From NCBI GenBank assembly GCA_031426555.1, contig JANPLN010000058.1, forward strand, positions 1-13,545: a stretch of 13,545 nt of DNA, given 5' to 3'. The translations under genes were made by a program, and so were the position numbers. The stretch is from Bdellovibrionales bacterium (lineage in GTDB: Bacteria > Bdellovibrionota > Bdellovibrionia > Bdellovibrionales > JAGQZY01). Shown one piece after another: positions 7,270 to 13,545 of the stretch (the first letter of the stretch is position 1; every line of letters starts with the position of its first letter). The notes beneath the pieces are model-generated. The model saw only the letters and a list, made by a program, of their open reading frames with translations. It ran no database searches and had not been told where the DNA came from.

Positions 7270-7277
7270 CATATAAT
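7249..7277 (+). promoter_or_regulatory. Putative sigma70 promoter of the subtilase gene
   Basis: TTACAA (7249-7254), 17 nt, perfect TATAAT (7272-7277). The -35 match is weak and lies inside the inverted repeat. Confidence 0.45.
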
Positions 7278-7366
7278 ATATTGATCTTTACTCATTTTTT
7301 AAGTCTAATAATTAAAGGCGATCGGATGCGCCTGATTTTAAATAAAATTTTTCTCAAGGAGGGGAT

Positions 7367-8989
7367 ATGCAAACATCTCTCAATCGTTTGTTTGTAGTTT
7401 TAAGCGTAGCTTTCATGCCACTAGTGTCGTTTGGCGGACACGAAAACTCTGGCGAACTTCAAAAAAAATATATTATTACGATTCAGCCAGACGCTTACCC
7501 TGCCTTTCGTAACTCCAGTCAGCGGTCGGGCAACGTGTTGGCGCTTCGCTCCTCGCAAACCAAATACTTAGATCAAGTGAAGATGGTTGTGGCGGAACTC
7601 TCTCCCGCGCAAGCGGAACAACTCAAAGCCGACAATCAGGTTGTCATGGTGGAAGAGGATCAAATCATTCCACAACCTCACTATCCGATGTTCAAACGGG
7701 CACAGCTTTCCCAAACTCCGCGAGCAAAAAGTCTCGATATCACATGGGGTTTAAAAGCCATCGCCGCCGAAAAAGCGTGGGTCCAAACGAAAGGCAGCGG
7801 CGCGCGCGTGCTTGTACTTGATACCGGAGTGGATGCAACTCATCCGGATCTCAGTCAGCGTTTTGAAAAAGGCAGAGGATTTATGGGCGATGGTTCCATT
7901 GGCGATGACGTTGGACATGGCACGCACACCTCTGGAACTGTGGTAGCTGACGGATTGGGTTTGGGACTTTTTGGAGTGGCTCCAGCAGCTCGTTTTTTAA
8001 TGGCAAAAGTTTGCGCAGCCAATGGTTGTAGCTCGGCCGGGATTGTTCAAGGGGTGGATTGGGGAATTTCAGAAAAAGTAGACGTGATGAGTCTTTCTCT
8101 TGGTGGACCCTTTCTTTCCTCGTCGGCCAAACAAGCTTATGCTCGCGCGGAGCAAGCGGGAATTTTTGTGGTGGCGGCTTCGGGAAATGACGGCACAGGC
8201 ACAGTTTCCTATCCGGCAGCAATCAGCACAGTTTTAGCTGTTGGCGCCCTGAACGAAGATTTAACCAAGGCCTCGTTTTCGCAGTGGGGTCCTGAGTTGG
8301 ATGTGATGGCTCCAGGAGTTAACGTGATATCTTCTGTTCCGCAAGGAACCGGTCGCGATGGTCTTGTCCGCGTGGATTTGGGAGCGGGAACCGAGGAGCT
8401 TACAAACACAGTGTTTCAAAATGCCTCGACGGATGTAAAAACAGTGATAGGTGGAATAGAAAATTGCGGTTTAGGAAAACCCGAAGATTTTATCGGTAAG
8501 GACCTTGTTGGAAAAATCGCCTTGATCGAAAGAGGCGAGATCAATTTTTCTGATAAGGTAGCTAACGCCATCAAAGCCAATGCGGCGGGCGTTCTTATCT
8601 TTAATAACGCTGCTGGATTAATAACTGGCGGGCTCGCAACGCCGGTAAATATTCCCGTGTTGATGATCGAGCAAAGTGTGGGACAGGTCATGGTGCAAAC
8701 CCTCGTACAATCTGCGTCGGCGCTATCCGCTGAAATTGGTGTTATTGCCACAAACTACGCAGTGTTTGCAGGTACTTCCATGGCCACACCGCACGTTGCA
8801 GGTATTGCCGCTTTGATCAAATCCATCAACCCTGGGCTCACGCCACAAAAAGTTCGCGAACTGATCAACTCGAGTGCCCATCCACTTCTGCCAAACCCGA
8901 ATAACGAGTTTGGCAATGGAGTTGTGGATGCCGAACTCGCAGTCGCTGCGGCATTGGGTGCAAGCATTCCGCTCGCGGCTGGATTTTAA
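7367..8989 (+). CDS. Secreted S8 subtilisin-like serine protease with I9-type propeptide and inserted PA domain
   Basis: Triad VLDTG / HGTHTSG / GTSMATPHVAG; oxyanion AASGNDG; PA domain GKIALIERGEINFSDKVANA...GVLIFNN; propeptide KYIITI...VVMVEEDQ; signal peptide; SD AAGGAGGGG. Confidence 0.96.
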   Translation: MQTSLNRLFVVLSVAFMPLVSFGGHENSGELQKKYIITIQPDAYPAFRNSSQRSGNVLALRSSQTKYLDQVKMVVAELSPAQAEQLKADNQVVMVEEDQIIPQPHYPMFKRAQLSQTPRAKSLDITWGLKAIAAEKAWVQTKGSGARVLVLDTGVDATHPDLSQRFEKGRGFMGDGSIGDDVGHGTHTSGTVVADGLGLGLFGVAPAARFLMAKVCAANGCSSAGIVQGVDWGISEKVDVMSLSLGGPFLSSSAKQAYARAEQAGIFVVAASGNDGTGTVSYPAAISTVLAVGALNEDLTKASFSQWGPELDVMAPGVNVISSVPQGTGRDGLVRVDLGAGTEELTNTVFQNASTDVKTVIGGIENCGLGKPEDFIGKDLVGKIALIERGEINFSDKVANAIKANAAGVLIFNNAAGLITGGLATPVNIPVLMIEQSVGQVMVQTLVQSASALSAEIGVIATNYAVFAGTSMATPHVAGIAALIKSINPGLTPQKVRELINSSAHPLLPNPNNEFGNGVVDAELAVAAALGASIPLAAGF

Positions 8990-9547
8990 TTAACAGCCGC
9001 CGTCAGCTTCAGTCACTTTGGAAATGGCGTCTTCACATTTATCGATGGAGACTTTCTCAAGGCGAAACACGTTGTTATTTTTATCATCCCCATCAAGGCC
9101 AATCGACGGTTGGTCTATTTCCATGTCTGGCTCGAGAGTCCCCTGATACAACGGAAAATAGTAATTCGGCGTCACTTCAAAATTGATCCAAGAAGGTCGT
9201 TGTTTAAGGGCAAAAGAGCCCCCGTCGCAGTCGATGGAGCAATTCGCAGACCCATCTTCATTAAAGGTACAGGCTGCGGTGTTGCCGTAATACTCTTTGC
9301 TTTGCGAGCTGCGGCCAATGATTTGTGCGATATTGTAAGGGTAACTTTGTGCAGGCTGAACAGAGTCATCCAAGAAGGACATCTCTTGGAGTTTGATTGT
9401 GACTTCAGAAAGTTTTTGTTTCGGATTTTTTTGCATGTGTTCGGCATCGTAGACTCGTTGCAAACAAACGGGTTGGTCAGCCGTCGGTTGAATGTCCAAT
9501 GCAAAAAGTGTTGATGGCAGCAATACAAGTAGCGCAAAAAATTTCAT
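8990..9547 (-). CDS. Secreted Cys-containing hypothetical protein, 185 aa
   Basis: Signal peptide MKFFALLVLLPSTLFA; SD AGGGAG; six Cys; motifs CLQRVYDAEHMQKNPKQ and CSIDCDGG. Confidence 0.82.
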   Translation of the reverse strand: MKFFALLVLLPSTLFALDIQPTADQPVCLQRVYDAEHMQKNPKQKLSEVTIKLQEMSFLDDSVQPAQSYPYNIAQIIGRSSQSKEYYGNTAACTFNEDGSANCSIDCDGGSFALKQRPSWINFEVTPNYYFPLYQGTLEPDMEIDQPSIGLDGDDKNNNVFRLEKVSIDKCEDAISKVTEADGGC

Positions 9548-9596
9548 AAAGGCTCCCTAGGTTTAAATGTTATCTAATCTATAGAAGAGTTATTTT

Positions 9597-9634
9597 TAAA
9601 ATGCATGGAAGCTGAGCCTTCAATGCATATTATA
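9597..9634 (-). promoter_or_regulatory. Imperfect inverted repeat overlapping a perfect -10 box of the secreted-protein gene (candidate operator)
   Basis: ATGCATgGAAG-ctgagc-CTTCaATGCAT (9601-9628) with TAA/TTA flanks. TATAAT on the minus strand at 9634-9629. The -35 is poor. Confidence 0.5.
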
Positions 9635-9790
9635 CACCTTCTTGGCAGAATCTTATGAATTCAAATTTAAGGGCATTTCGGGGAATCAGGGTAGGGAGTT
9701 GATTTCTACACAAAATAAGCAAATAGAAACGATGCTGAATACCTGGGTAGCCACTTATAAATTTGCCGTGAGTAGAATGGAACTTGATGT

Positions 9791-10633
9791 ATGTTATTTG
9801 AACGAAGATTAGGTCAAAGCAACTTCCCAGAGAATCGTAAAGTGGTCACGGTGTTTGATCATCTACAAACGGTCCTCCTTGATTATTTAGAAGCTCATCC
9901 GCATTTGAGCTTGAACGGCTTAAGCAAACGCTGTGGCGTGAGCGAACCCACACTCCGTCGAATCCGTCATGCACAGGTTAAAACCATTCCCAATGTTTCC
10001 ACGATTTTTACGTTTTTGACCTACGTGTTTCAAGAGAGCGAAATGGCGCGATTGGTGAGTTTAGTGGGTGAGCCGCTGGCTGGGTTTTTGAGCGACAAAG
10101 CGGCCAACCTGAAAAATTTTAATAAAATTGAATCCTCCGAAGACCTCACCGAAATCCTCCGCGACCCCGTTAAATATGTAATTTATAAAATTGCAGCTGG
10201 TGGCCATGGACTGAGTGGCAACAAGGTGGTGGATTTGTTTGGTTCCCACGGTGAACGACAATTACAGTCTTTAGTGACCTGCGGATGGATGTACAAAGAA
10301 AACGATCTCTATTTTGTAAAGACACCGAACTTTTCTTTGTCCTCTGACGTGTTTGTTGAGCACTTTAAGGTGATGTCCGACTTTATCAAGCCAGAAAAAC
10401 ATGCAAACGCACAAAGCGAATTGGCTCCGCTATTTGTTTCGCAATCAAGCTCGGTAAATAACGAAGCTTACAAGGAAATTCGAAAAATTTATAAAAAAGC
10501 GGTGCTGCGCGTTTCCGAGATTGTGAACAATCCGCAATCTTTCGGGCCGATCCCCACTTTTGTGCTCTCTGCTGTGGACACCATGGACACTTATTGTGCA
10601 GACGAGATCGTTCGGCAAAAAGACGTACAATAA
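9791..10633 (+). CDS. HTH DNA-binding protein, probably TIGR02147/DUF4423-like; start uncertain (ATG 9791 or a GTG near 9842-9852)
   Basis: XRE-like HTH HPHLSLNGLSKRCGVSEPTLRRI; winged-helix-like middle (ERQLQSLVTCGWM); C-terminal SVNNEAYKEIRKIYKKAVLRV helix followed by a beta strand, like DUF4423. Confidence 0.7.
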   Translation: MLFERRLGQSNFPENRKVVTVFDHLQTVLLDYLEAHPHLSLNGLSKRCGVSEPTLRRIRHAQVKTIPNVSTIFTFLTYVFQESEMARLVSLVGEPLAGFLSDKAANLKNFNKIESSEDLTEILRDPVKYVIYKIAAGGHGLSGNKVVDLFGSHGERQLQSLVTCGWMYKENDLYFVKTPNFSLSSDVFVEHFKVMSDFIKPEKHANAQSELAPLFVSQSSSVNNEAYKEIRKIYKKAVLRVSEIVNNPQSFGPIPTFVLSAVDTMDTYCADEIVRQKDVQ

Positions 10634-10697
10634 TGTAAAATAACGTCGCCAAATAGCCTTGACGGGTTTTAGATCTGTAAGAGACAACTGAAAGTTC

Positions 10698-12707
10698 ATG
10701 AAAGACTGGTTGCAAGATCTCAATCCCGAGCAGGCCGAAGCTGTGTTGCACAACGACGGGCCTTTGCTCATCCTTGCGGGGGCGGGTTCGGGAAAAACCA
10801 CGGTGTTAGTCGCACGCACCGGTCGCCTCATCTCCGAAAAAAAAACCACACCCGAAAGAATCTGCGTACTGACCTTCACCAACAAAGCCGCCACAGAATT
10901 AAAACATCGTGTGGCTCGGCGTCTTGGCGATCGTGCCAAAAAGGTGTGGGCAGGAACCTTTCATAGCTTTGGCCTCAAATTTCTAAAAGAATACTGGAAA
11001 GAGGCGGGATTGCCAAAAAAGTTTGGCGTGATTGACTCTGGAGATTCCACAGCCATTCTTAAAGATCTCGCTAAAAACATCAAAGACTACGAGAAAGCCC
11101 AACTTAATTTAGAGCTGCTCGGCAATAAAATTGCCTGGATTCGTCAGCACGGAACAGAACCCATACTTGACGGAAGCCCCGAGGCAGCCGCCGCCATCGT
11201 CTTTGCGCCTCGTTACCAACGACGGCTGCGCGAACTCGGTGTGGTGGATTTTGAAGAATTACTTTTGCGTCCCCTCAAGATGATGAACGAGTCTCCAGAG
11301 CTGAAGGCAAAGGTTCAAAAGCGTTTTGACTATATTATGGTGGATGAATTTCAGGACACCAACTCCACGCAAATGAAGCTCGTTGATTTACTTTCGCAGA
11401 CCCATGGAAATTTGGCAGTGGTTGGCGACGACGATCAGTCCATTTATGGGTGGCGGGGTGCTGAAATTCAAAATATTTTGCAGTTTCCCAAACGATATAA
11501 AGAATGCTGCGTGATTCGCCTGGAACGAAATTACCGATCCTCGGAAACCATTTTAAAATTAGCCAACGAAGTCATTGCCAATAATAAGATGCGCCACGGA
11601 AAAGTTCTCAAGCCCGGTCGCCCCAACCCAGGCCAACTCCCCGAACTTTTTGTTTTTGAAAACGAAGAGAACGAAGTGGACGAAACCCTGCGGGAATTAC
11701 AAAACTTTTACAAACAGGGCTACACGTGGAGAGATATGGCCATTCTCTATCGCTCAAACTCCCAAGGGGGCTTGATGGAGGGTGGTTTGCGGCGCATGCA
11801 AATTCCCTACAAACTTTCTGGTGGAACCGCCCTCTTTGATCGCAAGGAGGCGAAAGATGTTTTGGCCTACCTGCGCTGTATGTTTTATCCATCGGAAGTG
11901 GCCTTCCGCAGAATTCTCAACGTGCCGGCACGAGGGATTGGCGAAAAAACTCTGGACGAAATTGAGTTGATCGAAGACGGAGAGTTTTTTAAAAAAACAA
12001 AAGTGTGGGCGCAAAAGAATCTGCAAGAAAAAGCCGGGCAAGGCATCATCGAGCTTTTTGAGTTTTTGCAAAATCTTAAAAAGACCTTAGTATATTCCAG
12101 CGAAGGGGCCGAAGAGATTTTAGATAGAGAAATGACGAAGCTTGGGTATCGTCACCTGGTAAATCAATCCTACAAGGATCTGCAGGCGGCCGATGGACGA
12201 TGGTTGAGTGTGGTGATTTTGGGTCGAATTTTGGAAGGCATGTTTAAACGGCATGGTCGGACCGAAGATACCTTAGAGATGTTTGTCGACTCCATGGAAC
12301 TTCGCGATGTGGGCGAAGACGACGGCGACAATCCGCCAGACGAAGTCCAAATGATGACCTTGCATGCGTGCAAAGGCCTGGAATTTCCGCTGGTTTTTTT
12401 GCTCGGCGTGGAAGAGGACTTACTACCACATGCGCGACTGGGCCAAAATACCGACGAGGAGCGAAGACTCTTTTATGTAGGTATCACACGCGCGCAAAAG
12501 CATTTGATTTTATCGCGAGTGCAGCAACGCAAGCGCTACGGCAAGCTTCAGGACATTGCTCCTTCGCGATTTTTGCTGGAAGTAGATAGCAAGCTCTATA
12601 CGGAGATGATCGGAGCTCGACCATTGGCGATGGGCCAAAAGAGTCAAATGCTTGCAGATCTCCTTAAGAAACTCGATCAGAAAAAAATTGAAAAAGAAAT
12701 CACTTAG
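10698..12707 (+). CDS. SF1 ATP-dependent DNA helicase, UvrD/Rep/PcrA family (Rep-like length and C-terminus)
   Basis: Q motif LNPEQ; I AGAGSGKT; Ia TFTNKAA; II VDEFQD; III VGDDDQSIYGWRG; IV LERNYRS; V TLHACKGLEF; VI EERRLFYVGITRA. 669 aa, with no C-terminal Tudor domain. Confidence 0.96.
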   Translation: MKDWLQDLNPEQAEAVLHNDGPLLILAGAGSGKTTVLVARTGRLISEKKTTPERICVLTFTNKAATELKHRVARRLGDRAKKVWAGTFHSFGLKFLKEYWKEAGLPKKFGVIDSGDSTAILKDLAKNIKDYEKAQLNLELLGNKIAWIRQHGTEPILDGSPEAAAAIVFAPRYQRRLRELGVVDFEELLLRPLKMMNESPELKAKVQKRFDYIMVDEFQDTNSTQMKLVDLLSQTHGNLAVVGDDDQSIYGWRGAEIQNILQFPKRYKECCVIRLERNYRSSETILKLANEVIANNKMRHGKVLKPGRPNPGQLPELFVFENEENEVDETLRELQNFYKQGYTWRDMAILYRSNSQGGLMEGGLRRMQIPYKLSGGTALFDRKEAKDVLAYLRCMFYPSEVAFRRILNVPARGIGEKTLDEIELIEDGEFFKKTKVWAQKNLQEKAGQGIIELFEFLQNLKKTLVYSSEGAEEILDREMTKLGYRHLVNQSYKDLQAADGRWLSVVILGRILEGMFKRHGRTEDTLEMFVDSMELRDVGEDDGDNPPDEVQMMTLHACKGLEFPLVFLLGVEEDLLPHARLGQNTDEERRLFYVGITRAQKHLILSRVQQRKRYGKLQDIAPSRFLLEVDSKLYTEMIGARPLAMGQKSQMLADLLKKLDQKKIEKEIT

Positions 12708-12741
12708 ACCGATAGAGCTCAGAGTCTGTGGAGGCCCTATG

Positions 12742-13188
12742 ATGCTTAAGGATAAAGTGACCGAGTTTGAATACCAAGCGGGCGATTATATTATTCGTGA
12801 AGGTGCGCAGTGCGATTCGTTACTCGTTGTCAAAAGCGGACAGATCGAGATTTTTAAAGTTGGAAAAAACAACGCGCATATAACGTTGGGACTTGTCCAA
12901 TCTGGGGAATACTTAGGGGAAATGTCGTTGATCACTGACCGACCGCACTTTGCCAACGCCGTTGCACTGACAAAAACGGTTTGTCTTAAAATTCCAAATT
13001 CTGTGATCGAAGAACATATGCGTCAGCTGCCAAGCTGGCTTGTGGCTTTAACCCGTGGACTTGTTTACAAACTCGATAAAACCAACGATGTGCTGCGCCG
13101 AAATGGCATCGTGGATGAGACTTTAAACACGGCCGTCAAAGCCATCACCGAACGCGAAGAAACGCAAAAAGAAAAGAAGCCAGCTTAG
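12742..13188 (+). CDS. Stand-alone cyclic-nucleotide-binding domain protein without HTH
   Basis: YQAGDYIIREG, LLVVKSGQIEI, SGEYLGEMSLI, ANAVALT. Start revised to ATG 12742 (or 12739) after GGAGG at 12730-12734. Confidence 0.9.
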   Translation: MLKDKVTEFEYQAGDYIIREGAQCDSLLVVKSGQIEIFKVGKNNAHITLGLVQSGEYLGEMSLITDRPHFANAVALTKTVCLKIPNSVIEEHMRQLPSWLVALTRGLVYKLDKTNDVLRRNGIVDETLNTAVKAITEREETQKEKKPA

Positions 13189-13192
13189 CTTG

Positions 13193-13545
13193 TCATTTCT
13201 TTTTACATTCCCGGTCTTCAAAAAAATCGTCCGCAGTGATGCAGTCGTCTTTGCAGTTCTTCCCAAGAGTGAACCAATTTAAAATTTGTTCCGCCTCCGC
13301 GTTATCCTCTTTGAGAGCTAAGCGAACGAGAACAATTTGTTCATCCACCGTGTATTTTTTAAGCTCCGGAGGTTTCCCAGCAGCAATGCCTTTATCATCT
13401 TCTGCAACTTGTTTTAAAAATGATTTCAATTTGTGCTCGCGAAAGGCTTTACTAATGGGTATTTGGCTCGAACAGCCGCGCTTTTTTTCGCACTTTCGCT
13501 CGCCCTCTACATCTGCGCATTCGATCAGCGACACCGATTGCAACC
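13193..13545 (-). CDS. Hypothetical Cys-containing protein, C-terminal part; start lies beyond the window
   Basis: The frame runs to the window edge and converges on the cNMP gene with a 4-nt gap. Six Cys are visible; no family recognised. Confidence 0.6.
   Translation of the reverse strand, partial: LQSVSLIECADVEGERKCEKKRGCSSQIPISKAFREHKLKSFLKQVAEDDKGIAAGKPPELKKYTVDEQIVLVRLALKEDNAEAEQILNWFTLGKNCKDDCITADDFFEDRECKKK

Noticed and set aside
7281..7397. Possible TTG uORF after AGGAGGT, overlapping the subtilase start out of frame
   Set aside because: SD spacing is 11 nt, the start codon is weak, and it conflicts with the predicted -10 at 7272.
10659..10688. TTGACG -35 box upstream of the helicase
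   Set aside because: No convincing -10 box at 16-18 nt spacing.
7881..12589. Many short alternative-frame and antisense ORFs (for example 8416-8751, 9110-9514, 10445-10939)
   Set aside because: All are nested in or overlap confidently assigned genes and lack recognisable motifs.
12652..12738. Upstream extension of the cNMP ORF
   Set aside because: It overlaps the helicase; the GGAGG SD supports a start at 12739 or 12742.
9791..13188. HTH + helicase + cNMP protein as an anti-phage system (Gabija- or Pycsar-like)
   Set aside because: The helicase is a canonical full-length Rep/UvrD. There is no nuclease, cyclase, TIR or transmembrane effector, and the context looks chromosomal.
1..13545. CRISPR arrays, tRNA/rRNA, IS elements, prophage genes
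   Set aside because: No regularly spaced repeats, cloverleafs, transposase, integrase or phage ORFs seen by eye.

Overview
Gene-dense bacterial window of about 45-50% GC. Gene content suggests a Bdellovibrionota-like predator (HTH/DUF4423-like regulator, PA-domain subtilase, stand-alone cNMP-domain protein, many signal-peptide proteins); this is inference. Order: 5'-truncated parallel beta-helix protein (+); secreted GH2 glycosidase (-); a structured G/C-rich intergenic region; a small conserved membrane protein (-); a tightly packed minus-strand operon (hypothetical, DUF924, MFS transporter, rsgA, FKBP PPIase) behind an apparently leaderless sigma70 promoter; S8 subtilase (+) abutting a Cys-rich secreted protein (-); a divergent HTH regulator; a Rep/UvrD helicase; a cNMP-domain protein; a truncated hypothetical (-). 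I found no rRNA, tRNA, CRISPR array, IS or phage genes. Most coding content is ordinary. The best leads are non-coding or small: a C-rich anti-Shine-Dalgarno hairpin cluster (candidate sRNA), two related GACCTCC...GGAGG elements upstream of the two secreted hydrolases, a candidate operator for the HTH regulator, and a C-terminal CxxxF tail on the GH2. None is demonstrated.
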